A stretch of 64,000 bases of DNA from Octopus vulgaris (taxonomy: Eukaryota). Both the position numbers and the translations under genes were made by a program. How positions within the stretch are numbered: position 1 is the stretch's first letter; each line of letters begins with the position of its first letter. The notes under the pieces were generated by a model, which searched no databases, was not told the origin of the DNA, and saw only the letters and a program-made list of their open reading frames with translations. The stretch is taken from positions 82,832,001-82,896,000 of the forward strand of contig OX597822.1 in assembly GCA_951406725.2 (NCBI GenBank), read 5' to 3'. Below, one piece after another: positions 15,095-27,010 of the stretch.

Positions 15095-17005
15095 GTGTGT
15101 AAAAGCACATGGCCTGATGGTTAGGGTGTTGTGCTCATGGTCACTAGTCACTAGATCATGGGTTTGATTTTTGGACTGGGCGGCATGTTGCGTTCTTGAG
15201 CAACACTTAGTTTCCTGTTGCTTTGCAGGTGGGACAGTGACAGAATCGTTGGTGTGTTGGCAGAGATGCCTTATGGTAGTTCTTCCTGACAAAAGATTTA
15301 ATCCCTATTTTAAAAATCTGTAACTATTGAAGTGGTTCTTATCTTTGGTTTGTGCATTGTTAAGCAGTTGAAAAGTAAAGATTTGCCAGACAGGATGCCA
15401 AGTAACTTTATATTCTGATAAGAAGTGCAATAACACAAACTAATAAATGCATTAGGTTTACATATGCACTTTTAGTCAGGTCCTGTGCATACCACCAAAC
15501 GACTTATTTGCAGTTAGGACAACCTGTTTTGACAGTTAAGTGTCAGCACTCCTATTTTGTGGTTTACGCTGACAGAATGCAACATTCATTTTATTGTCTG
15601 ACAACTTCATCAACTTATGTAGTAGTAGTAGTAGTAGTAGTATCTGAAAGAAATGGATTTATATCAAAGAATGAATCTAGACCGTGAGTGTCTAACTGGA
15701 ATGTGTGTATATGCATATTTGAATTAGGAGCTATTCGACCTATATATATGTATAGGCACAGGTGTGATTGTGTCTCAAGAAGCTTGCTTCCAAACCACAT
15801 GGTTCTGGGTTCAGTCCCACTGTATGATACCTTGGGTAAGTGTCTTCTACTATAGCCTTAGGCCAACCAAAGATATGTGTGTGTGTTTGACAACCAGTGT
15901 TGTTGTGTTTAAATCCCTGTAACTTAGTGGTTTGGCAAAAGAGACTGATAGAATAATTACCAGGCTTAAACAGAAAAAAAAAAAAAGCTAAGCACTGGGA
16001 CCAATTTGACTAAACTCTCCAAAGTGGTGCCCGAGCATCACTGCACTCCAAGAACTGAAACAAATTGTGTGCGTGTGTGTGTGTGTATATATAATTATGT
16101 AGTTCATGTGTATGTATGTATTATATCTGTGTATAATATGCTGTTCTTTCTAGAGTTTTCACTGAAATACAAGGAACAGACATTCTGCATGAGACCTAAG
16201 TACTATCCATATTATTCCCAGTGAAGTGTGGCATGGCTTGGTCTTTGATTCTGAACACTTCTTTTGGGGTCTTCTAATTGCAAATGTAATTTCAGTTTAG
16301 AGTAAAGTATCACGTGGGAGCTGCTACTATGAATTTATTTAGTGCTTATAATCCTAGAAGTTTTTTTCTTCTATTTGCAAGTTTACCCACCCTAAAAGTA
16401 TAACCCTTTCAATACCAACATGGCTGAAACCACCTCTAGCTCCGTAGTACAAATGTTTTGTTTTCATAAGTTTTGAATTAAAATCTTCCACCAAACCTTA
16501 GTCACAATTCATGTTCCTAACACTAGCTGAATGATAACTAAGTTGTTTTACTAAATTCTTCATTATATTCAAAATTAATTGAAACAAACACAGAGCATCT
16601 CAAAATATATATAAAAATGGTTAAAGCAGTAGTTTTTCAACTGGTGTCCATACGGGCTTTGGGGTTCCATAGAAGATTTTGGTTAAAGCTAATCTGGAAT
16701 AAATTGTTTAGAACTCTTCAATACACCAAATATTGTAATAATCTTTTTTTTATATATTTCCTAATAATTTTTAATTATAAAAACATAAAGGATTTTTAAA
16801 CATTGAATGGCTATGAGGTTCCGGTAGAGTAAAATAGGAATGGAAGGGGTCTACAGGCAAAAAAAGGGTTGAGAAACAATGGTGTAAACAAACAAAATTA
16901 ATGGCATGGCTTATTTTTTTGTTAAATCTTTTCTCTAGTTTTTTTTTCTTTTGACGTTAGTTTTTGGTTCTTTTATGATATTTATATACAAACATGTATT
17001 ACATA

Positions 17006-17332
17006 GTTCTGTATTTAAGAGATGAGGAATTATGTACATTATTTACATTTGATGGATATTTGTCCTCATCTTGTTTGTTGTTAACACGTTTCGGTTGATA
17101 TACCCTTGGGCATATGGCGTAGTGGTTAAGAGCGCAGGTTACTAACCCCAAGATTCCAAGTTTGATTCCAAGCAGTGACCTGAATAATAATAATATCGAA
17201 AAATACCTTAGGAACGAAAACCCAGGTTCAAAATTTCCCCAAGACACCTGATGAAAGCTGGAGGGTATATCAGCCGAAACGTTGTGTTAACAAACAAGAT
17301 GAGGACAAATATTCATCAAATGTAAATAATGT
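17006..17332 (+). mobile_element. Non-autonomous retroelement: inverted tail copy + tRNA-like head + hammerhead tail, with 12-bp TSD
   Basis: ATGTATTACATA at 16994-17005 and 17333-17344. Inverted arms 17035-17106 / 17262-17333. A box TGGCGTAGTGG at 17115-17125 and B box AGTTTGATTCC at 17159-17169. Confidence 0.75.
17243..17288 (+). ncRNA. Minimal type I hammerhead ribozyme motif (Penelope-like element type)
   Basis: gacac-CTGATGA-aagctg(gagggtatat)cagcc-GAAA-cg-tt-gtgtt. Helix I gacac/gtgtt, helix II gctg/cagc, palindromic helix III AACGTT, putative cleavage after 17283. Confidence 0.7.
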
Positions 17333-17450
17333 ATGTATTACATACACAAACATTGTGCATGTGTGTGTGTGTGTGAATGAGGGAGTGAGGATGGCATCAA
17401 TCTGTTAGCAGACACATACATGGTGTAACTGTTCTTGTACGGCTCAGCAG

Positions 17451-17522
17451 GAGCGGTTCCGCCAGCCCAATTTCCACAAGAACTCAATGGAAAAGGATGG
17501 TGGCGTTATCAATCATCCGAAG
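17451..17522 (+). CDS. Candidate 72-nt exon (75 nt from the alternative NAGNAG acceptor at 17448). Phase-0 frame ERFRQPNFHKNSMEKDGGVINHPK (ATG at 17487); phase-1 frame GAVPPAQFPQELNGKGWWRYQSSE
   Basis: GC-rich non-repeat island with ctcAGcAG acceptor and strong donor AAG|gtaaga. The phase-0 reading joins exon 25873 in frame. Confidence 0.55.
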
Positions 17523-18498
17523 GTAAGACTTACTTATTCGACCCTCTGTTGCTCTGTGCGTGCGTCTCCGTTTCCTGCCTCCTTCTATTTTTTTTTTTTT
17601 CACATTTGTTGTGTTTGTTAGTCTTTATTGGTTGGCTTTTTTTATTACTTTCTCAAACATTTTTTTTTGTTTCCTTTATTTATCTTTTGTGTTGGTTGAC
17701 ATGCTGATTATTTTAGTTCTATTGGCTGGTTCCATAGACTTTTCCTCTTTTTTATTACACATCAAAAGACAAGAGAAAGAGATTGTGCAAGAATAGTTTG
17801 CTTTTATACATTCATGTAAATGTGTGTGTGATTGTTTAATGTTGGTTTTCCATGCTGTCATGGGTTGCATTGGCTTGACAGGACCTAATGGGCCCAAGGA
17901 CTGCATCGTACTCCAGATTGCTTTGGCATGGTTTCTATAACTCTATGCCCTGATCTTAACTCCAACTCCTTTACAGTGTACTGGGTGCATTTTCCATGTC
18001 ACTATCACCTGTGAAAAGGGGTCATAGCAATTTCTGATTCTGTGCATATGCCTATATGTAATTTAATGTACATAGTATAAAGAACAGAGCTGCTAATGAT
18101 TCCTTGCTGTGTCTTGGCAGGTTTTTATTACGTGCCTTGTTTCTCTAAGCAATTTCCGGGTTCTGAGCAAATGTTCTGTACTATTTGGAAATATGTGTGT
18201 ATATAATGTATATATGCTGTTAAGTATCCAGAAGGAAGGAAAAGTACTCAATACATGATATAGAGCTTATATATTGATTAAAATCCGTGTTTTCCCTTCT
18301 GTTTCTATTTAGTTTCTTAATATACTAATTATGCAGTTGGTGATAACTGTGAGTAGTAAGTAGCTTGCTTACCAACCACTTGGTTTGGGGTTCAGTCCTA
18401 CTGCTTGACACCTTGGGCAAGTGTCTTCTACTATAGCCCCGTGTCAACCAAAGCCTTATAAGTAGATTTAGTAGATGAAAACTGAAAGAAGCCCATTA

Positions 18499-18540
<42 letters not shown>

Positions 18541-21500
18541 CACATATATACACATATGTGTGTGTTTGTGTCTGTTTATCTCTCCACCATTGCTTGACAA
18601 CTGATGTTGGTGTTTATGTCCCTGTAACTTAGTGGTTCAACAAAGGTGACCGATAGAATAAGTACTAAGCTTACAAAAAATGTCTTGGGGTCGATTTGTT
18701 CGACTAAAGGCAATGGTCCAGCATGGCCACAGTCAAATGAATGGAACAAATAGTGCATATCATATATATATATATATAAATAAAACATTGGTGTTTTGAA
18801 GGGCATCCTGCTTTAGACAGTGGATTCCAATGCAGTCCTCTGGTTAATTGAATAATGTTGACTCCTCAAACCCATGCCACCATAGAATACTGACATAAAA
18901 TGATGATATTTTGTTGAAAATGAGCATTTTTATATGCATAAAACCTGGAAACATTAACTAAATTTAGAGCGAGTCTGAAATTTTAAATTATTTTCAGCAC
19001 TTTTGCTGGTTGTGAGTCTCACCAATACATATATATATTGGTGAGACTGAGTGGTCAACACTGCATTGTTGGATAAATATTCTTTATTTGTGGGTTAACA
19101 AGCCCAGCAATTACCAAGCCTGCCCCATGGAGATGAGTACCACATTGGTACTCAATCTCCATCTTGGATGAGAATAATAATAATAATAAAAGAATATATA
19201 TATATTTCTTTTTTTCATGTTCAAATCTCAATCACAGAAAACACATTAAGTGAAAAAAAAAACTGTAACAGGGATGTGTGTGTGTTTCATTTATGGTGTC
19301 TATAAACTGTTGATGTTACTTTGGCTGTTTAGTTCTTTGTAGTTGAGTTTTATCAACCATAGTTGCTATTGTCTTGTATTTTGCTAATATTTAAAATAGT
19401 GTTTCTGAAGGTTATATTAAGATATTTTCCATTTGCCTTGTAAATTTAAAATTATTGATTAGAAAGCATGGCTTTATTCTTAATATGCCTGCATTGCTTG
19501 CTTATGTTAATGTGTCTGTATCATTTTGTGAAAGAAAATGGTGAAATATCTGTCTTTATTGTTCAGTTTTGTGCCATCTTATCTTCAATATATAAACCAC
19601 TGTTCATTGAAGCTGGTACTTTTTTCAAACTAAGAAAAGGACAAAAGATTAAAACCAATTTGGGAATATTATACAAAGGCTAATAAGTACCAGGTCCCCA
19701 GTCGCCCACAAAACATAATGTCTTCCATTTTCAGCCACCAATCTTAGGTGCCCTGCAAAATGTCATAGCTACTGCCCTACCATTTTTACTACAGTATCTA
19801 CCATCATAATATCTAAAGAGTTTTTCAATTGTTAACAACTGGAGATTCTTAGTGTATATGCAATGAAGACAGTTTGTTCAGAATGGTTTTGTTGAATTCT
19901 ATTGTACTATATCAAGAAGGTATGGCTATTGAACTCAAAGAATCAAAAAGAATATGGCTTAGCATTGATATGGTTTCAATCATTCAAGTGTTTTTTGTTT
20001 TTTTTTTCATTTCTCTGCAATTGTCAAAGTATCTGCAAACAGGAGGTGGTGTTATGTTAGTCACATGACTTATGTTACTTGCTAATAATGAAGAGGTTCT
20101 GTCACTGTTCTTGAGGCTGTATGTTCACAGATCAAATTCCACCAAGGTCAACTTTGCTTTGCATCCTTTTGGAGTTAATTAAATAAGTACCAGTTGAACA
20201 CTGGAGTCAGTGTAACTGACTTATGCCCACCCCCAAAATTGCTGGCCTTGTGCCAAAATTTGAAATCAGTAATGAAAAGGTACCATCAAATTAAAATAAC
20301 TAATTTAGCTGGCTACTGATGGCTGTGTGCAAATTGTTGGAGCAAGTATATTTTTCCTTAATAAACAACCAGTTACCATTTACATTGTCAACTACTCTAG
20401 TGAATGTAACTGGTGTTTAGTTTAGTTAATGGTATTAACATGTCAATTGCTTTGATCTAAAACCAACTTTTAATTAGCTATTCAATTTCTCATTCTGTTA
20501 AATTATTCCTATGTCAGCTACAGGCTCATGGTAATTCATTTTAACAGCATTTCACACTTAAAACTGAACAATTCCTTTATTGTTATCATGTGCAGTTGCA
20601 TGGTATCTACACTAGAATTTGACTTGATACTGGGGCACAAATATTAAATACAGAAAATCAAGTAGATAAATTAGTTTTATCTATGAGACAACAAAATTAA
20701 TTAATAATTTAGTTATAAGAATATAATTGGTCTTAGCCACTTTCCAGTCTTAATGTTTGCATTGAGAAGTGTAACATCCCTAGAGTAAAAGGTTCTATGT
20801 CAGCTTAGTCTTGTCTTTACAAACTGATAATTCTCAGTTGTAAATGGGGTAAAAATGAATACTTAGTAGCTAGGTATATGAAAACAGGTGTAGAGTTGAA
20901 TGTGATAGATACGCTGCAAGTGTCAGCTGTCTGTTATGGAACTCAACTTTCTTGAAGGATTTATACTTTTGAGTTGCTTTAAATCCAAATTAAACAGTTA
21001 TCGATGTTATGCCAATGCACTCAACCAAACTTTGGTGAAAGTTCCTTGGTGTATCTCTACTCAGTTTAAATATGTTTTGTTGGTTCCCATTTTATTAAAA
21101 TTCTGAGCTGATTTTATAGAATTTGAACTGAAAGTTTTTAGGTATTGTAACAGGGTACCATAAATGTAATATAATTTACATTTTCCCTATATTCCTACCC
21201 TATTTCACAACACCCTTGGTACTTGACCAAGATGGCAGAAGGAAAGGTTTAAAAAAATATAAAAGAAGGAAATGGTTGATTAAAGAGTATAGAAACAAAG
21301 TTTGTGATTGACTATAGGATTTGTTTAGAATCAATGGTGGTCTTAAAGAACTGTAAGTTATCCTTGAAGATAGCTAAAATATTTGCTAGAAGCCTTTAAA
21401 TAACATAGACCCAGCATTTTGGACATGCTCTATTGTACAATCTAGTTTAATAGTATAATATATTTTGGTATCACTTTGGTTTGATCTTCATTATTTTGTT

Positions 21501-21647
21501 TGGTCACGTGGTCAATGTGATTCTTCAAATGCAATTAATTATCTACTAATATTCATTTTAAGAATTCTGTCAAGTAATTATGGAGAGACTCAAGCCATGT
21601 ATTACCTTTCGTTCAATTTTTTTTCTAAAGTATATATTTGACGTTAC

Positions 21648-22022
21648 TGGAAATTTTGCTGTAAGAAATTTTGGTGTAGCAAAATTTGCTATAAAAAAAC
21701 AAACAAAAAACAAAGGACAAGTATAGTGATATTAATGTAGAACATTCGAGACAAATGCTTCAATACAATCCACAGCAAAAAGTACATTATTTGTGCAGCA
21801 TTGCTTGGAATTTTCAAGTTTTAGATGACCGTATCATGTTTTTTTAATGTCTGATGTTGAATAAGGACTTCCTTATTTAATGCTTTTATAAAACCTTTTA
21901 TCATTGTCTTTTTATTTTAAAAGATTCTGATATAATACACTTTATCATTGTCCATACGGTGAAATTTCTTACAGCAAATTTTCTCATGACACATGGCAAA
22001 AATGTTTGCAATGAATTTTCCA
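21648..22022. repeat. Dispersed repeat with subterminal 'aaatttt(g/c)ctgtaag' units; second copy at ~41655-41990
   Basis: The two loci share ggaaattttgctgtaagaaattt..aaaagtaca..gcattg.ttggaatttt..gaataa.gactt..ttacagcaaattttc. Confidence 0.6.
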
Positions 22023-23572
22023 GATATGTATATTTGTATTGTATAGCAAGTTTATTTTTTGAATCTTATTATTTTTATTTGTTGTACATAATTTTAAATA
22101 CCTGTGTAACTTTTGAAACTTTAGAATATAAGCAGTTTGAATATTCCACTGGTACCTAAATGTTTTTATTAGTATAAGAGTACCTTATATTATTGTTGGT
22201 ACCATTTTGTATTAGTATCTTCAGTGACAGTTCCAAACTGAATTGTTTTCTTCATCAATTTCTTTTTGGGTGAAGTTTCACACTGTGGCAAGCTATTGCA
22301 ATTAAACGAATGAATTGTGTGTATGTGCATTTAAAAACCAGCTTAACCCCATTTAAACAGGCCACATCTGGCCCAAATCTTTTACTTGTTTCATGTTCAG
22401 ACCAGCCCAATCTGGCTTCTTACACCTACCTTACATTGTCATTCTAAAATATAAATAATCTCATCATGAAAATCGCAAAGCTGTAGGATAATGCATGATT
22501 ACTTCAAAACAATGTGAATAAATTAAATATTACAATTGACAGAGGAATCTAAATACTGAAGAGATAACTGTTTAGCATCCAGATTCCTCTGTCAAATGTA
22601 AAACTTATTAATTCACATTGCTTTGAATTAATCATGGATTATCTTACAGCTTCAAGATTTTCATGGTGGAATTGTTTATATTTTAGATTGACATTATAGG
22701 GTAGGTGTAAGAAACCAGATCTAGCTGGTCTGAACATGAACCAGAATATTTGTGCTGGATATGGCTGATTTAAATGCTAAAGGGCTTAGTGAATCTTTTT
22801 AGGTGCTGGTCAAACGGCTGAATTACTTGGTCAGTGACAGGAAATAGTAAAGTTGGAATATGGGTTTCTGAAATTCTTTTCTGCAACTTTGGATCTATTC
22901 CCATCTGAAATGACTTGTGGTATTTGATATTATAAACACCCATTTGAGACAGGAAAGGAACAACATGCACACTCACTGGACTTGAACTACTTATCTCGTA
23001 TTTGCCAGGCAACCATCAAACCAAAGAAGGACCCCTTGCTGTGTTGAACATTTAGTAGACTAACCTGACTTGCTAGTGCTAAGTAGCTGACAAATTATTA
23101 TCTTGTGCAGATAACATATTACAGTTATAGTAATAATATACCAAACCTTCCTGTGGAATCGGTAATTTGATGGTATGGCAAGTAATAAATGCATCGTTTA
23201 AGTTCTTTTAGTTATGTCTGTCGGCCTTTTCTATCTCAAATCATTTGCTGTTTATGATATCTAATATCATTTGCATTAAAATTTTAGTAATTAATTTATA
23301 ATTGGAATTGCATCTTATTGCATTTAATGTTTTTTTTTTTTTTTTTTTTGAGAAAAGGCATAACTGTTACACTCTTCATTTTTACCTTTTCTTCTTTTCT
23401 GTTTGTTATATTCTAATTAGTAAAGACTTAAATGGATATTTTATTATTGTATTTCATGTATACTCCGAAAATATGCAAGTATTCATGAGTAAATGTGCAG
23501 GTGACTGGATTCAATTGAAATTAAATTTCATTAAAATAAAGGACTTTGACAAAATAGGTATTGGAAAGGAGT

Positions 23573-23880
23573 GAAGGCACATGGCTAAGTGGTTAGGGCA
23601 TTTGGTTCATGATCGTAAGCTCGTGAGTTCAATACCTGGTGTCACATTGTGTTTTTGGGCAAGACACTTTATTTCTCATTGCTCTAGTCTACTCATCCTG
23701 CAAAAATGAGTAGTACCTGTAATTTAAAGGGCCAGCCTTGTCACATTCTGTGCCACACTGAATGTCCCTAAGGACTACGTTAAGGGTACACGTGTCTGTG
23801 GAGTGCTCAGCCACTTGCACATTAATTTCATGAGCAGGCTGTTCTGTTGGTCGGATCAGCTGGAACCCTTGTCAATTTTC
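23573..23880 (+). mobile_element. tRNA-derived SINE related to the 57304 head
   Basis: gaaggcacatggctaagtggttaggg..gagttcaatacctgg..gggcaagacactttattt. Similar decayed heads at ~15105 and ~37195. Confidence 0.7.
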
Positions 23881-24004
23881 GATTTGTATTTTACCTTTTT
23901 GTTTATCATGATTTTTATTCATTCTGTTAACCTTACCGGTTTCAGTCTGTGCATAATTTTAATTGTATCAGGCCAATATGTGTTTCATTTATCTTATTTA
24001 AAAG

Positions 24005-24025
24005 TTGGCCGTATTGCAGATTGAG
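24005..24025 (+). CDS. Candidate phase 0-0 microexon, 21 nt (LAVLQIE) or 6 nt from the inner acceptor ttgcAG (24020-24025, IE)
   Basis: Consensus donor GAG|gtaagt. Two in-frame upstream AGs, matching the phase-0 acceptor at 25873. Confidence 0.35.
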
Positions 24026-24159
24026 GTAAGTATCTATTTATTGGTGTTATTGGTGGAGAGACCAAGAGAGTAGCAACAAACTGTAGCATTCCAAAATCAT
24101 TACAATTTAATGTTTCCTAGTACGGTTATTAACTGGTATTGACATTGTTATTGCACAAT

Positions 24160-24595
24160 CTTTGATTTCAAATTGTGGCACAAGGCCAGCAATTTCTGGA
24201 GAGGGGATAAGTCGATTACGTCAGCCCCAGTGTTTAACTGGTATTTATTTTATTGACCCTGAAAGGATGAACGGCAAAGTGAATCCCAGCAGAATTTTAA
24301 CTCACAACGTAAAGTGAGAAGAAACTCTGCTAAGCTTTTTCCCCTGGTGTGGTAACGATTCTGCCATCTCACCACTCTAACGAAACTATCATTAGTGTGG
24401 TGGACAAAATGCTTTGCAGCGTTTTTTCCAGTCTTTATTAATCCAAGTTCAAATCTCACTGAGGTCAGCTTTGCTTTTCATCCTTTTGGGGTCAACAGAA
24501 TATGCACCAGTTCAGGTCTTGGGTTGATGTAATCAACTTCTCCCCTCCCCTCAAAATTCCAGGCCTTGTGCCTGTAGTAGAAAGGATTATTGTTA
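24160..24595. mobile_element. Two family-1 SINEs in head-to-head (inverted) orientation
   Basis: Minus copy ~24160-24370 and plus copy ~24385-24595. Confidence 0.8.
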
Positions 24596-25872
24596 TTATT
24601 GTTGTTATTATTAATGCTGTTACATATGTTGTGTCTGTGTACATGTTAAGTCTTTCAGTTTCTGTTTCAAAGGTTATTGGAGGTAAGGAAGATTTTTGAA
24701 GAATGTAGTTTTTGTTGTGCCTTTCATATTCTTGATGTTGCTTTGTGGAGAGAGAGAGAGAGGGAGAGAAAGAAAGAAAGAAAGAGATTTAATTCAATTT
24801 ACAAAGAGCAAATGATTATTATGTATAAATATATATTATTCTTTTTAGCTAGATCCCAGTGTTGTGGTTGTTATATTTGTATCTGAAATTATCAACTCAG
24901 ATTTCTGGCTGGATATTTGACTGGGTGACCATAAATAGGTTTAAATTTTTCAAAATAAGTTTTCCAGAGGTATTCCTTTTACCAAAATGGAAAGAGAAGC
25001 ATTGATTCATTGATGGTCAAGCATTTTAAGTGTGTGTGTGTGCCACTTACATCTCAAAGATTTTTCTCTTTATGAACACACATTTTCAGTTTTTATTTTG
25101 GGGCCAGATGTAAGCACCTGTACGGCTTGTGCTTGCACTGTCAGTATAGTTGGTGTCATTTGTACAATCTAATGATTAATCAATAACTGATTTAGTATAT
25201 TTTTCAGAAGTTTGGAGAGGGTAATTTAGTTGAGTTTCATTCCTACATTTAGTAATTCCTTCTAGATGGCAGTGAAGAAGATGATAAAAAAGAGGTGGAA
25301 CCATGACAAATTTTCAACAAGTTAACTAGTGAAATAGGCTGGAATAAGAGGAATTGAGATTCTAATATCAATTCTAAAAGTCAATATTAAGAATCTGTTA
25401 TAATTGATGCAAAAACACCCTTATGGCTATGATCCGTTTTATGATGGGCTTCAACTATTCTTCAGCTGCCAGATGTATTTTGCCACTCAACTGGAGTTTC
25501 ATTCTTGTACCTCAATGAATATATATGTTGTGTGTATTGGGTCTTAAGTGAATTTACTGTCAGTCCAATATCGCTAGCTTGATGTCAGAAACTTTTGGTT
25601 AACAGTCAAGTGGTTCAGCCTGATTAAATTATTGTATTGTATGATACTGGGTATTTTTCTCCAGTTTGTTAACATCCAGCAGATTTCTGGGAGTTATTTT
25701 CATCTGTTTTACAATCATCTTTCACCTCAGAAAGTTTTTTTGAGTTGATATTAAGTTTTGGAAGAGAACCCAGTTGTATGCTGAGAGGTGACTTAGACAC
25801 ACCTCTTTCTAACTTCAATCAACCTTACTTGTGGCTGTCTAGTGGGAGAATGTTTTTTAATTTATTTTGAAG

Positions 25873-25981
25873 GGACCACGAGCCCCATACCCTGGACCGC
25901 AGATGGGCAGTGGTGGGCCTCCACCACCACCAATGGGGATGAGAGCCGGTGGACCAGGTGTTCCTCCACATGGTTATCCAG
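25873..25981 (+). CDS. SMARCD1: SMARCD/BAF60-family coding exon, Gly/Pro-rich N-terminal region (GPRAPYPGPQMGSGGPPPPPMGMRAGGPGVPPHGYP), phase 0->1
   Basis: GC-rich island in AT-rich DNA. Acceptor tttattttgaAG, donor CAG|gtaagt. 109 nt, phase-compatible with the exon at 62707. Composition resembles the low-complexity N-terminus of SMARCD/Bap60. Confidence 0.85.
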
Positions 25982-26048
25982 GTAAGTGGTTTCAATATAA
26001 AGCTCTATTATTGCCATCACTCAGCAATATTGAGTTTAATTTTTTTAC

Positions 26049-26086
<38 letters not shown>

Positions 26087-26798
26087 ATTTTTTTCCAAAT
26101 ATTATGATCTTTATTGCCAATACGGTGTTGATTCTTTTACTTTCATCTTCACTTTGTCCTCTTTCTTTTATCTTTATCCTTCAGTTTTTTTTTCTTTAAT
26201 ACTTCTGAGTTGAAAATAATTTTTGGTTTATGATGATTCTCAATTGAATATCTTGCATGCAAAAGACATAACTTCAAGTCTCATTTAGTTTTCTTTCTTC
26301 ACACACACACACATACACACACCATATGTATGTAAAATATTCTTTACATTCACATATTTTGTGACTGCATGCTGTATTTTATTTAAATATTTTCTTTTAA
26401 ATTTAAGTTTACACACACACACACATATGCTCAAACTCATCTTTAATGTAACAAACGTAAACACGCACATAAATAATAATAATCATTCATACTGTTGTCT
26501 GACTGCATGCTCCATTAATAATTTGTCATTTGTTGAATTTTATTGTAAGTAACGGCATCCACTCGGCAGTGTGCTGGTTACAAGTAGTGTAACGACCCCC
26601 TGCCCCGCACCAGCCCTTGTGTTATAAACTCGAGTTCCTTTCATTGGTTGGTTGTGTTTGTTTCTTTATATGTTGTGCACATTTGCCAACTCTGAGAAGT
26701 AACTATTTCTACTTGCCCCAACACAACATATGTAAACTTTATCATTTAGCATCCTTAGAGAGGCATCTTAGCGTGTGTTATTAATCGATCATATAGGA

Positions 26799-27010
26799 TC
26801 AGGGTTTCTCAGCCAGTTTTTGCCTATGGACCCCTTTGATAGCCCTTCTTAGCCATTCGATGTTTAAAAAACAATCATATTTTCAAAATTAAATATTATG
26901 AACTGTTTTGTGTATTGTAGAAGCATAACCAGTTTTTTGCAAATAAATTTTAGCAACAAAATCTTAGATGAGTCCCCAGGGGTCACGTGGACCCTGGTTG
27001 AGAATCACTG
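26799..27010. mobile_element. hAT-like MITE
   Basis: Termini cagggtttctcagcc ... ggttgagaatcactg (CAGTGGTTCTCAACC-type TIR). Related copies at ~16627-16882 and ~50400-50601, with a partial at ~39340-39392. Confidence 0.65.

Noticed and set aside
25867-26199. ORF-track 110-aa protein as a standalone gene (likewise 62577-62822)
   Set aside because: Only the internal exon part is coding; the rest is intron read-through.
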